Shown here piece by piece: positions 14,294-27,623 of a stretch of 64,000 bases of DNA. The position numbers and the translations under genes are program-made. Positions within the stretch are counted from its first letter, which is position 1, and every line of letters starts with the position of its first letter. Below the pieces are notes generated by a model. The model did not search any database, was not told where the DNA came from, and saw only the letters and a program-made list of their open reading frames with translations. The stretch covers positions 18,910,001-18,974,000 of the forward strand of contig JBHGNT010000004.1 of assembly GCA_043228905.1 (NCBI GenBank). The letters run 5' to 3'. The stretch is from Azolla caroliniana (lineage: Eukaryota; Plantae; Polypodiophyta).

Positions 14294-15740
14294 GATAGAT
14301 AGATACATAGATTATATTATCGTCTTCGGATGTCAAATATGACCTATGAGACCAAAAATATTACATTTCACACGTGATACGTGTGAAGGTGAGTAGCTAC
14401 TCTCGATGTTCAAGAACTTCACCAATGAATGTTGCAATCGAGAGTTCACATCGTGGTTGTGAGAGAAATTCGTGCAAGGATTGGGCTCGATCGAAGAGAT
14501 GTGGAAAGCATGGTCGAATATGATTAAAGGCAGAGCACTGTATCAAAGTGTGATGCTCACACTCTCGAACTTGTTTAGGGCAAAGTGTGCATAGTCGGCC
14601 ACTCTCATCACTTGTGCCCCAACGCCCCGTCTCACATCTCAATGCGTGCGAGCTAAGTCGCATGGAAGCAATGGTTCGAATGGCAGATATCGGGATGGGC
14701 TCTAACATGTATTGATGTGTACAGCTTCCCCGTTCCGTGAAGAATATGGTTTTGTAGTTAGGTGCAACATTTGTAGTATAATGTGTGAAGTCTGAGCCAC
14801 CACATTTGTCACATGTCATGATACATTGGCGTTGCAAAAAGGCCTCATTTACAGAGGAATCTAGTGACGCATCATGAAACAAGTGTTTTGTATCCCATCT
14901 ATCAAACCATTTTTCTAAATCTTGCATCCAATCGGAACACAACATTTTGCTTTTATGCGTCTTTTGGATCTTTTTGCTTGATTCCCATGCAATTCTAGGA
15001 AGTTGATGTGAGAGGCTTTTTTGAACCTTAAGCATGTATTCCACAACCCTTTCCATGGCCATGATCTCAATAGGAAGCGATCCCGTCTCAAGGAGGAGGG
15101 GGGTGTAGGGCATTTGTTTCTTAACTTGTAGAAACTTTGTAAGAAAATGTTTTTGGACATTTTCAAACTCTTTCCATGTAGATTTAGGGATGCTACCACC
15201 CCATACTTCCACCCCATAGAGAAGAACCGGGGTCCACCAAAGTGTCAAAAAGATATTTCTTGAGGACCCAACACTTCATATCTCCAAGATTGCATGTGTT
15301 CTCAAATGCATAATATGCTTGCTTACTCGCCTCTAAGCGGCGTGTAGCACATTCATTCCATGTATGATTTGAAGGAACTTCAAGGCCAAGATATTTGAAG
15401 TTTTCCACACATTCAAGTGGCTCATTGTTGTACATAATGCATGGTTTATCTCTTTTTTGACTCTTCCCAAGCATAATCTTTGTTTTAGAGCTATTGACAC
15501 TTAATCTAGTATGCATGCAAATTTTTTCCAATGCCTTCATAAGCTTTTGTGCATCTCTTGAAGTATTTGCAAAAAGCACTACATCATCCGCATATAACAA
15601 AAACATAATCACAACATTCCCAATGACAACTTCTTCAACACATTTTTCCTTTACAAACTTGGTAACCATTTCTTCTAATTCATCAATGCATAGACCAAAT
15701 AATGTTGGTGAGAGTGGGCATCCTTGCTTGACACCAATAG
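14294..15740 (-). mobile_element. RTE/RTEX-type LINE copy A, 3' part (RT, C-terminal Cys/His finger, 3' tail)
   Basis: GVKQGCPLSPTLF, LLYADD, FKYLG, RLSSHALRCETGRW and RLCTLC..E.EHH...C in frameshifted ORFs 15193-15867 and 14397-15248. Ends in a (TATC)n tail at ~14294. Confidence 0.9.
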
Positions 15741-16211
15741 TGTTATGTACACATAACGTTGGTGAGGGTAGGTCACTAATATTTACATTAGTGAAGGGTA
15801 TGTTCACTATTATTAAAAAGGAGACTAATGATTGGATAGAATGAATGATATGTGCATGCACTATCATGATTTAGACAACCAATGAATAGAGAGCCTTTTA
15901 GAAAGGCACATCTATTCAAGGGGCCTAGGAAAAGGTATAAATATGAGGCTTAGCTACCCTCATAGGAATCACGTCGGAAGGCTGCTGTCGTAGACACCGG
16001 TGGTGCGGGCTAGGCTTTCGTCTCGAGGATCGTGTTTATCTCTTCCAAGGTATTAGTCATCCTAATATCCGGCGGTATGGGACGTCGGTGGTAGGTTGGC
16101 TATGTCTAGATCATAGCTCGGGGGTGGTCGGGTGGAACGGGTTCTTCTATCCAATCTATTTTCTTCCTTTTTACTTGATTTGGTCTATTGATTAGTAATA
16201 GACTCTTAACA
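15741..16211 (+). repeat. 5' LTR of the 7.3-kb chromovirus
   Basis: TGTTATG...TTAACA; two substitutions seen versus the 3' LTR; TATAAATA at ~15936. Confidence 0.97.
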
Positions 16212-16212
16212 T

Positions 16213-16224
16213 TGGTATCAGAGC
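16213..16224 (+). promoter_or_regulatory. Primer-binding site, tRNA-iMet
   Basis: TGGTATCAGAGC just after the 5' LTR. Confidence 0.95.
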
Positions 16225-16644
16225 GATTACTAACAATTTTTTTGTTGTTTTGATGTTTTTTGCGTGTGAGCGAGGGGGATCTAACAAGGCTCGTCATGCT
16301 CTTCTCAGGATCAAAACAACACTCTAAACCCGGTATTCTTCTTTTTTGATCTCTTCTCTTTTTCTATTATGCGTTCTTTATGGTCGAATCAAATTGGTAT
16401 TACGTTTTATTCTCTTTCTTTCTACCTCCTACTACGCTACGATTTTACTTATTATTATGCATCGGGCCGAGCATGTTTGCACTAATCGCACACGCTCAAC
16501 TCATGGCCTTTTGCATATTGCGATATATATCCCACTCTCTCCTCTCTTGAACTCTTACGATAATATTATTCTTGTGCATTGGGTCGAGCGTGTTTGCTCT
16601 AATCGCACACGCTTATCTCATGGCTGTTTTGCATATGATGTTGA

Positions 16645-17060
16645 GTATACCACTCTTCCCCTCTATTGAGCCATCACTTGGCCGATTCTAAGGGATGATG
16701 TGGCCTTGATGAGGTGTATGTTGCCTACCTATGCCACTCTACTCTCTATTAAGCCATCAATTGGCCGATTCTATGGGATGTTGTGGCCTTGACAAAGTAT
16801 ATGTAGCTTACATATGCCACTTTCCTTTTTAATTAGCCATCAATTGGCCGATTCTAAGGGATGATGTGGCCTTGACAAGGTATATGTAGCTTACATATGC
16901 CACTTTCCTTTTTAATTAGCCATCAATTGGCCGATTCTAAGGGATGATGTGGCCTTGACGAGGTATATGTCACTTACCTATGCCACTTTCCTCTTTAATT
17001 AGCCATTACTTGGCCGATTCTAGGGATATGTGGTGGTCTTGAGGAGGTGCATGTCAACTA
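16645..17060 (+). repeat. 83-bp tandem array (~5 copies) in the chromovirus 5' UTR
   Basis: GGCCGATTC recurs at 16680, 16763, 16846, 16929 and 17012. Confidence 0.9.
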
Positions 17061-18039
17061 CCCTAGGGTTTCGTATCTTAGGGCATGTTTGATTCCATAC
17101 ACCTAATTGTTGATTATTCTAATTAAATTTTAATTTCATAAGTATTGTTTCACTTATATGATTTTCTAGTAATTATTATTTACCCGCCCACAATTAACTC
17201 TCCTTTTTCCACTTCCTTTTCATGTATAAAGTATTTACATCGTTTATTTTTAATGTAACCTTTACGTGTAGACTATTTTTTTCGTATGGAGTGGCTTGTT
17301 GAACGATTTTTTTTTCAACGGGTCATCTAGGTTTAACTCTTATCATCAAGCCTTAGAAAACGAGTAAAACCATATGAGTTCCCTTATTGATGTTTTACTC
17401 ATGGATTTGAGTATTACATCTTTGCGCACAACACCGTCATCACTTGTATCAATTTGTGGCTTATGTCACAATTGTGCAAGTTATAACAATCATATTGGGA
17501 TGTATATGTGCATACCTTGCACTTCCCATTTATTTGTGACATTGTTTTTTTTCGTAGGTAACACATGGGTTTTTTTTTATTTTTTTACCCTTGTTTTCGT
17601 CACTACTTAACTCTTATGAGTAGTGCCTTATTTTATCATTTTATCATCACGTTTGCTTATTGTTCGCAAGACTAGAATATTACTTGTGAGTGCACTTGTT
17701 TTTTCACGTAATACACTTTCTCGACCATATAATACATGATGGGTTGGCATTAATATAAGGCTATCTAGGAAATTTCATTGATGTAAGAACCATGGTTGAG
17801 CCTCGGGGAGCCGCCATGATTACTCAAGATAGAGATCCGAGAAATACATCTTAGCTATGTTTTCCCCCATGGTTTTTAAAACACCATAGTGTTACCATAG
17901 TTATCGGATCTCGAATTACATCTCATATGTCTAGAGGGGTAAAGACATGAGATACTTTCTTGCATAAAGTTCTTTCAATCAAAATTTCAAGCATTCATTT
18001 TGCTTGTGTATTTTTTGAACCTCCTTATTTTATTGCATA

Positions 18040-18275
18040 CCCACAGCGTGCATCATGGAACAAGTTTTGAACGCAGTTGGAACGATCTCTCCAAATGAGA
18101 CCTCTCAACCCCAATCCGCATCTCGCACACAAGCTGAGATCACTATTGAGCAATTGCCCCACAGCGTGCATCATGGAACAAGTTTTGAACGCAGTTGGAA
18201 CGATCTCTCCAAATGAGACCTCTCAACCCCAATCCGCATCTCGCACACAAGCTGAGATCACTATTGAGCAATTGC
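18040..18275 (+). repeat. Exact 118-bp tandem duplication spanning the gag start codon
   Basis: 18040-18157 equals 18158-18275; ATGs at 18055 and 18173. Confidence 0.93.
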
Positions 18276-21200
18276 TCACTACTACCTTGAATCAATTGGC
18301 CGAAATGAGACAGGCCAATATGGCATTGGAAAAGAAATTCCAAGAATTAACTATTGAGTCCAAGAAAGAAGGTGAACCTTCCTTCGTAGTCACGCCTTTC
18401 AAGGGAGATAAGAAAGAAAGAACCGAGGAGGCCATTAGCACTTGGCTTGGTCGTTGGGAGTCTCACTTTGAGCTTCATCCCAAGCCCGATGCAGTAAAAA
18501 TTGGTTATGTCGGTCGTGAGTTAGGTGGCCGAGCTGCTGCTTGGTGGCGTGGCCTAAGGACCGCAAAAAACTTACCCACAACTTGGGAAGGTTTCGTTGA
18601 TGTTTTTAAGAAACAATTCTTGCAGCCACCTTCTCAAACCGAACAATCGCAACACTTGCTCACATTGTCTAGTAAGCCATTTACCTCTCTCGAGGATTAT
18701 GTGCATCACGCTTGGACCCAGATCCAAAAATCGGGACTTACGGGTGAGAAATGGTTTGTCGCTTGTTTTTTGAATGGTATTCCCAATGGGGATTATCATT
18801 GGATTGTCCATGACAAGGACCCCACAACTTTCGAGGAAGCCGTCAACATTGTGCTGCGATACCATAGGACTTCCAAGAAAGACCACAATAAACCTGAGTT
18901 CGCCAAAACTCCGAATGTCAAGTTCATTGGGAAACGTAAGCAATCCAGTGACACTCTTGACCGCGACTCAAAGAAACCGAACCTCTTCTGTGCATATTGC
19001 AAGAAGCGGGGCCACACAAAGGATACCTGTCGTCGTCTTGAGAGGAAGTCAATGAACACCCCTCCTCAAGACAAATCTACGAGTCACACAGGTGAGTCTT
19101 TTGATATTGTTGAAGTTCATACCAATCACTTAAGTTTATGTGAATGCACTTTTCCTTCACATTTACTTGGACCTAATGATTTACTCCGAGCAGTCGGATA
19201 TATCAATGGAACACAAGCACATTTCTTGTTTGATTCCGGTAGTTCTCACAATTTTCTTAATGATCACTTTGTGCAGCAAATGGAGCTCCACATAAACGCA
19301 AGTGATCATATCTATCAAGTTCACATGGCAAATGGAAACGTTCAATACATCAGTGGCATTGTTTGTCAACTGCCAATTCAAATAGATACTTATTTGGAGA
19401 AGCTTGACTTTCATGTTATGAAATTACAATCCGCAGATGTCATTTTAGGATATCCTTGGTTTTTTAATAAAAACCCTTCTTTGTCCATTGATTGGGTTAA
19501 TCACTCAATCACATTTGAACTTAATAATTGTAAACATTTTATTCAATGTTCCAAACTTCCTTCTCATTCACTTGTGTCTTCTAAATCTTTAAGTGAGTAT
19601 TCTAGTTCATTAATTTATTCGTGTGTAATTGATCCTGCGGTTCAATTTTATTATTTTAATATTGACGCCACACAATTACCACATTTTGAGCAACGATTAC
19701 TCGACTCTATTTTAGAGGATTTTCAAGATGTGTTTCCTACTGAATTACCGCTTACTTTACCACCTAAACGTAATGTGGACCATCAAATTGAACTCATCCC
19801 TGGGGCTGCTCCTGTGAGCATTCCACCTTACCGACTTAGTCGATTAGAAGAGGATGAGATCGCTAAACAACTTAAGGAATACTTGAGTATGGGCCACATT
19901 AGGTATAGTAAATCACCTTGGGGTGCGCCAATTCTATTAGTCAAGAAGAAGGAAGGTTCGTGGCGAATGTGTATCAATTATCGCCGTTTGAATAAAATGA
20001 CAATTAAGAATGCATATCCATTACCTCGTGCCGATGATTTGATTGATCGTTTGCACGGGGCTCGATATTTTACGAAAATTGACTTACGAACTGGTTATCA
20101 TTAGATTCGCATCGCCGAGGATGATATTCCTAAAACCGCTTTTCGTACGCGCTATGGCCATTATGAGTTTTTAGTCATGCCGTTTGGGTTGACTAATGCT
20201 CCAGCCACATTCCAACAAGCGATGAATGATGTTTTCCGAGATCAACTCGGTGATTTTGTTGTCGTCTTCTTGGATGATATTTTGATATATAGCCGTACCT
20301 TGCAAGATCATGTTCAACATGTTCGATTTGTTTTGCGAAAGTTGCGTCACAACTCTTTCTATGCAAAACATTCAAAATGTGACTTCTTCCAAAAATCTAT
20401 TGTGTACCTAGGTCATTTAATTACAGAAAATGGCGTTGAAATTGAACCTTCTCGTATTGAAAAGGTTAAACTTTGGCCCATTCCTCGTAATATTCGTGAA
20501 CTTAGATCATTCTTAGGGTTTGTTGGATTTTTACGAAAATCAATTCGTAACTATTCCAAATTGACTACGCCATTAACTGACCTTTTAAAAGGTCATCCAC
20601 GTAAGTCTGTCAAACCAATTTCATGGAATGAACAACTTGACAAATCATTTGAGACACTCAAGGAGCATGTGTGTCAGGCTCCCACTCTTCTATTACCAGA
20701 CCCTTCTAAGCCTTTCTCAATTGAAACCGATGCTAGTGATTATGCTATTGGTGCCGTTCTTTATCAAGGTGGTCACCCTATCGCTTTTGAAAGTAAGAAG
20801 CTTGATGCTGCTCAATCTCGGTATTCGGTTCAAGAGAAAGAGTTGTTTGCGGTGATACACGCACTTAAAACATGGAGGCACTATCTCTATGGAAATAAAT
20901 TTGTGGTTACAACAGACCATCAATCATTAAAGTATTTTTGTGACCATCCCGATCTTGTTGGTCGTAAAGGCCGTTGGGCTGACCTTATGCAAGATTTTGA
21001 TTTTTCCATACGATATCGCAAGGGTTCTATGAACACCGTTGCTGATGCTCTTAGTCGCATTAAAGAAGTTAACATGCTTAGCTTCACGGAAATAAAATCT
21101 GATCTTTTAGATCACCTTCGAGGGAAATACCTTGATGACAGTTATTTCTCAAAATACTGGACGAAAGCCGAATCTGGTTTAGATGCCGATACTAGCACCC

Positions 21201-22576
21201 TACCCTCGAAGGCGACCTTTCACATTACAAACGGTTTGCTCTACCGTAGTGGAAAGGTCTGTGTTCCAGATTTACCAAATGTTAAACAGAAATTTTTTCA
21301 TGAATGTCATGATGCACCATCTGCTGGTCATCCTGGAATACAACGCACACTCGTTCTCATCTCGTGTACTTTTTTCTGGCCTAAGATGCGCTCTGACGTG
21401 CATAAATACGTAACTCAATGCTTACAATGTCAGATTAATAAGTCGGAACGACTTAAAGTTGCTGGTCTTTTACATCCCTTAGATATTCCCAACAATAAAT
21501 GGGAAAGTATCTCGATGGATTTTATTGTTAGTTTACCTCGTACACAGAGGGGTCATGATGCCATATGGGTTGTCGTTGACAGGCAAACAAAATTACCTAG
21601 ATTTATTCCTACAAAAACCACGGTAACCTCTCAACAGTTGGCTTATCAATTTGTTGATGAGTTATTTCGTTTTTATGGATTACCGATGGATATTGTTAGT
21701 GATCGAGATTCCAAGTTTACTAGTGACTTTTGGACTCAGGTCTTTAAGAAACTAGAAACTACGTTGAGCATGAGTTCCGCAGATCATCCTCAGTCTGATG
21801 GACAAACTGAACGAGTTAATCAAATTATTGAGGACATGCTTCGAGCTTATGTAGCAAAAACCCCTTCTAAGTGGGAACAATACCTTCCTATCTTAGAATT
21901 TGCCTATAATAGCTCTAAACATACATCCACTGGATATAGTCCTTTTATGTTGATGTATGGTTTTCAGCCACGTGCCCCAGTTGATGTCACGATTCATCGT
22001 GATACATTAGACAGTACACGCAATTTTTTGCAAGACATGAACCAAATGTTGCATATTGCCAAAGAAAATGTCAAGACAGCTCAAGATCGTGCTCGATTTT
22101 ATGCTGATCAGGATAGACGTCCTCGTGCATTTACTATTGGTCAAAAAGTTTTTTTGCGTGTCCCGACTGATTCTACGTCATTATCTACGGGCAAGTGCGC
22201 TAAGTTAGCCCCACGATATTGTGGCCCATTTGAAATCCTTAAGCGAGTTGGGTCATCTGCTTATCACCTTGCCTTACCTCGTAACGTTGGTATTCATCCT
22301 GTTTTTCACGTCAGTCGTCTAAAACCATTTTTAGGCTCTGGTGATAACACCATCACAATCCAAGATCTTGTAACATTAGAGGATTTTTCTTACAAACCTC
22401 ATGTTCCTGAACGAATTCTTGATTCTCGTACTAAACGTTTACGTTCTAAAGAGATTCGGCTATTCAAGATCAAATGGATGGATAAACCTATTGATGATGC
22501 CACATGGGAACGCGAGCATTCGCTTAAGGCACAATTTCCTCACTTTATATTGCAAGAGTGCAATCTTTTGAAGTAG
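18173..22576 (+). pseudogene. Single-frame gag-pol polyprotein with one premature TAG (20102-20104)
   Basis: Gag, CCHC knuckle [14 protein letters not shown], protease LFDSGS, RT (KIDL..GYH*IRI, VFLDD), RNase H TDASD, integrase HHCC and SDRD..F, GPF motif, chromodomain PERILD...KW....DATWE. ORFs 18077-20104 and 20177-22576 share one frame. Confidence 0.95.
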
Positions 22577-22583
22577 GGGAGTA

Positions 22584-23054
22584 TGTTATGTACACATAAC
22601 GTTGGTGAGGGTAGGTCACTAATATTTACATTAGTGAAGGGTATGTTCACTATTATTAAAAAGGAGACTAATGATTGGATAGAATGAATGATATGTGCAT
22701 GCACTATCATGATTTAGACAACCAATGAATAGAGAGCCTTTTAGAAAGGCACATCTATTCAAGGGGCCTAGGAAAAGGTATAAATATGAGGCTTAGCTAC
22801 CCTCATAGGAATCACGTCAGAAGGCTGCTGTCGTAGACACCGGTGGTGCGGGCTAGGCTTTCGTCTCGACGATCGTGTTTATCTCTTCCAAGGTATTAGT
22901 CATCCTAATATCCGGCGGTATGGGACGTCGGTGGTAGGTTGGCTATGTCTAGATCATAGCTCGGGGGTGGTCGGGTGGAACGGGTTCTTCTATCCAATCT
23001 ATTTTCTTCCTTTTTACTTGATTTGGTCTATTGATTAGTAATAGACTCTTAACA
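22584..23054 (+). repeat. 3' LTR of the 7.3-kb chromovirus
   Basis: 471 bp, preceded by the polypurine tract AAGTAGGGGAG at 22571-22581. Confidence 0.97.
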
Positions 23055-24050
23055 AATAGTGCTATTGAAAAAAATAAATCTGAAAGTCTACCTCTCATAC
23101 GCACAGAACATATAACCTTCTCATATATTCGGGAAATTGCAAGCATATATTCACTTGGCACCTCAAGTTCTTCCATCCGCCTCCAAAGATGCTCAAGAGG
23201 CACCATATCAAAAGCTTTCTTGAATTCTACAAAGCAACAATATAAACCTTTACCTCTAAGGCGACTTTCCTCCATTAATACTCGAAGAGTGACAAGATGA
23301 TCAATGGTGCTATGGTGTTTTCGAAAACCAGCTTGTCCATAAGCTCTCTTACCATTTTTTTCTACCTATACACTTATCTTTGATTCCATTATACATCCAA
23401 ATAGTTTTGCCATTACTGAGCCAACCATGATGGTTTGATAGTTGTTTACATTATTTACATCTTCGCCTTTATGTAAAGGTTTGATCCAATTTGTAGTCCA
23501 ATCATATGGCATACCATGTTGCAATGCATCATTAAACATATCGCATATCCATATATGTGCTTCCTTTTCCCGTCCATTTGAGCATTTCAGCTTTTATACA
23601 TTGAAGATCGATTGCCTTTCGAGAGGCCAATTTCTTAAGTCCAATGCATATATCTTCAATTGTAAAGGAGGGAGACATATGTGAAAGAGAACCATAACAC
23701 ATCATTTTTCTGGCAAGAGATAACTCATATAAATTCTTATAATGCATAGACAAGTCATGAAGAGGTAAGTCACCATAACTTTCAACACGTTTCCCCTTTA
23801 GATTTCCCCAAAATTTAGCACATGCATGTGTTTTCTCTTGCATTTGGAGAAGTTGTCGAGTAACTTCCTATATTGGTTTCTTTCTTTGAATAAGCCTTTT
23901 ATAGTCATGCAAATGCTTTTGGTAATTTTCTTTATCCTTAACTACATCCAAAACCATAAGGCACTTTCGAGCTTTATGACATTCTTTATCAAACCATTTG
24001 TTCTTACATTTCTTGCTGCATTTCCATGATGTGCGGTTGGTCGAAAAACA
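23055..24050 (-). mobile_element. RTE-type LINE copy A, 5' part (5'-truncated, degenerate)
   Basis: KWFDKEC and LYCCFVEFKKAFDMV RT peptides. Removing the LTR element restores NSTIGVKQG across the TSD. Confidence 0.88.
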
Positions 24051-24080
24051 TTTGTTTCTACAAGAGAGAGCCCAGATGAG

Positions 24081-24151
24081 ATGGATGTATCTCAATTAGG
24101 TAAGGTTGCCCAATGGAGCCCAGGTGGTCATGGGTTCAACCCCTACATTCC
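24081..24151 (+). other. Degenerate tRNA-derived (SINE-head-like) sequence
   Basis: A-box-like TATCTCAATTAGG (~24088-24100), B-box GGTTCAACCCC (24133-24143), partial acceptor pairing GGATGT/ACATTCC. No intact cloverleaf. Confidence 0.4.
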
Positions 24152-25399
24152 ACGGTGGCATCTAGAGAATTAAAAGACATATGTATGAAGTATATATATG
24201 TACTAGAAAAATGAGAAATTTGGGTTTCGAACCCAAGGTGTAGTGCTAGTAGTGTAAAGGAGGATGTGTGTGTGGATTGTGATTAGAATCTTTGGGCGGA
24301 TTGGATTGGATCGAGTTTTTGTTGTTCTCACCTCGGATTATAGTCTGATCGAACCCCTCCTTGTCAATTCGCGTGGCAGTCCTTGGGACCACACATCAAC
24401 TCATCGATCAGATAAGATAGTAATTTGTCTTGAATAAGCTTCCAATTTTTTTTATGTTCTTTGCGAGGGCTTTCACATAAAACCCAAGATGGTTGTTGCT
24501 GCTATGAGAAACTGTATTGTTACTATTACATGCCCCGCAATGACCGTTCGATAATCCAATTGTTGCATTTGGGGACAATGGTTGCAAATCATAAGCTTTA
24601 CCATTATATCGTGTCCCATTTACTTGTTAATGTACAAGAAATCATTGTTTAGACATTTCAGGACAATGTCTAAACTCTCAAACATTATGTATGAAGGTTG
24701 GTTTCACATTTTGCTTTAGAATGTAATAGTTTGCTCCTTATCAATATTGTATTATGGATATGTAAGGCTAGAGTACATACATTACATAAGGTTATGCTCT
24801 AAACATTAGTCTTAAGGTTGATAAAGGCCTGACCACCCTTATCTTTGTTTATTAATTTTTAGTTAGGTATCTATGTAATGCCAATTTGCCTTTCAGTTGT
24901 TTGATTTTATTCATTTGAGTCACTCTTTTATAGCATCTCCCGTGACTAGTTTAAAATAAGGTTTTCTTTTATGATGGAATTTCTGTTTGAATAATATAAT
25001 TACATCAAGGGTTAATTAAGTCTAGAGCATGTGGACAACCTTATTTGCTAAAATTTCTATGGTTAAGGTTGAGGTGGAGATCGATCGAATGAGAGATAGA
25101 AGTCGAATTTCGACTCGGACACATACTAGACTTATCACAAATATAAAGGGTTGGGTCTCTATTGTTGGTTCTTAAACCTTCATGATATATTGTAAAGAAG
25201 GTGAGACGTAGGTGGTGCTATGCAATAGAAGCGAGTTGTGTGTGTGTGTGTGTGGGTGAGAGAGAGAGAGAATTAGAATTTTTATCGTCCATAAAGAGGC
25301 CAATTTTGACCTATGGGACCATGGTATACATGTGTTCTTGATATGTGTCTCCTTCCTAAGAAGGGGTATTCAACGAGATAGATTGCTCTTCACAAAAGA

Positions 25400-26460
25400 G
25401 ATAGATAGATTATATTATCGTCTTCGGAGGTCAAATATGACCTATGAGAAATGATATATTAACACCTTCTAAGGCCAAAATTTGGCCCATGAGACAATTG
25501 GTGTACAATAAAATCGGGTGTCTATCTTATCATCGAAATACAAATAAAAAATAAAAATGGAACTTAAGCTAAAAGAGTTCTAGTATTTGTACAAAACAAT
25601 GTTATGGTGTAACATATTCGATAAAGGGAATGACTTTCTGCTAGGCTAGTTTCATTTCCACCCAAGCCTCTCGAAAAAGAAGTGGGAGGTCAAAGGGTTT
25701 CGGTTCGGGTGCGACCCGTGGTCCTGATGTAGAAGGTACCCCAACCATGGTTTCCAGGCGGTGTAGCTCACGTTCCCTTATTTTCTTAATTGCTTCTGCA
25801 CCACGTCGAATTGTTTTGAAACCCGACATCCGAGGGCGTTTGGTTCTTCTTTAGTTTTCTGCTTCATCAAGGAAGTGGTTGAGTGTTGCAGGTGTGTCCA
25901 CATTCATCGTCTCCCCCTGTCCCTAAAAAACTTCATTTGTTACATGTTGGTTAATATTAGAAACGTTATTGTCAACATTTTGTAGTATATTCTCTCTATG
26001 TTGTTTTAGCTCTAAGATATATCTACCTAATTTCTTTATATCTAGAGTATGTAATAGTTTGGGGAGGGTGGGAGAGGTACCGAGTATGTCTCGGTATTTT
26101 TCCCTTATCTCGGCATAAGTTGGACACTTGCATGTAAATTGGTACTCATCCTTTATCTCTATGTTACATAATCTACATATCCTTTCCTCTCTAGGGACTC
26201 CATTAGTACGACCATTCTCAATCTCAAGTTTGTGAGATGATATTCTAAGTTGTCCAATGGCAATCCTTAGTGCATTTGGTAAGAATGCATCTAGATAGTT
26301 TGGCTGTGTAGTAACACCTAACTTAGAGAAGTGCATGAAGTGTTCCTTATAGTACAACATTTTTTATGGGAGTGGCTCTAATGGGGTGATCCATTTATAC
26401 CGAGTGTAAATTTGCCATATTTCTTGGCGTATTACTTTATTACGGTCCTCATGAGAGATT
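25400..26460 (-). mobile_element. RTE/RTEX-type LINE copy B, 3' fragment
   Basis: QLRISSHKLEIENGR..RICRLC..DEY.F..KC (ORF 25923-26360). Same 3' terminus and (TATC)n tail as copy A at 25400-25448. Confidence 0.85.
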
Positions 26461-27623
26461 AAAGTGTTAACACCGGGTCATTTGAAACAGTTAATATGTC
26501 GCATTCTCTTTTTCATATCTTAGTGAGATGTTAAAAAATGCCTTATTTAAGCAGAATTTCAAAAAGGCACGACGCATGCGTATGTGGTTTATGAAAACAT
26601 ACTGAAAAATATAACTAACTAATATCACGTCAACAAAATCATCCGACGCATATTCTATCTACGATGTTTTTGTCCAAATCTTAGATTCGTCAATGCAAGT
26701 ATAATAGTAACACGAGTCCTTGTGCATATTCTAAAACGGATACCCCACTGAGTAAGTGACTTCTTCTAATTATGTGTGTATATTTATATATAATATATCT
26801 TAAAGCAAATTGTGAACCTTGCAATTAAGAGATACTACTATGCCAAGAGAAAATTTCCATTGGCACGTGATCATGACACCGTCAATGTATAAGTAAACTA
26901 GTCTACGATAACATTCCAATCATATGAGTAAATGATAGAGTATAATTTTATCTCCCATATACCCCAAATGATAAAGGAGACTTTAGACAACATGTACACA
27001 TACAAATTATACTTAACCTCTAAGTTCAATCAGTGTTACATGAAAATTATAAATAAGCTCAACTTATATATTACGTCAAAGTTTAACAATTCATATTATT
27101 CAAAATTTACAATAAACCATAACCATTCAATCGAATAATAAGTTTGGTAATGTCGTCTCTTCAAGATTAGCTCTTTCATCAAGATTGTCTTCATTGGCCT
27201 TGTTGATGCGTTAAGTTGAATCATTAGTATGTTCAGACTCTGACACGTCTTCTAATGCAACAAGGTCCTTTGCTTCTTCATCTATAGGTTCCATAGGTTC
27301 TCTAGAAGTCATCTGAAACATCTCAGTTTCATTGATCTATACTTTGACCCAACTTCTTGGTCTTGATCAGGACAGTCCCAAATACCTTGGATCCTCATTT
27401 TGATGAAAATAACTTGCTCAGGGTTCGTCTCTAATGCAACAGAGTTCCTGAACATCTTTAAGGCGCATGTTGTAGTAGTACATGACAGTAGAATGAAATT
27501 GCACATGTAACATCAAACTGAAGAATAGACTATAACGTTACACTAAATTGATGTGACAAGTTTTATATACCTGTGTCGGAAAACAAATCTAAAACCCATT
27601 CAAAATTTGAAAAAATAAAAAAT

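Larger units (their letters stand above)
15741..23054 (+). mobile_element. Full-length Ty3/gypsy chromovirus LTR retrotransposon (7314 bp) inserted in LINE A
   Basis: 471-bp TG...CA LTRs, AATAG TSD (15736-15740 and 23055-23059), tRNA-iMet PBS, PPT, domain order gag-PR-RT-RH-IN-chromodomain. Confidence 0.97.

Noticed and set aside
15193-15867. Novel RT with a hydrophobic N-terminus
   Set aside because: Chimeric ORF: the first ~42 codons are antisense LTR sequence running into the LINE. ORF 22949-23275 is the mirror artefact.
18077-18172. N-terminal extension of Gag
   Set aside because: Out-of-frame reading of the 118-bp duplication from a non-ATG start.
27130-27530. hAT transposase C-terminus (YYNMRL followed by an acidic tail, minus strand)
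   Set aside because: Only a short motif among several stops; cannot be assigned without a search.
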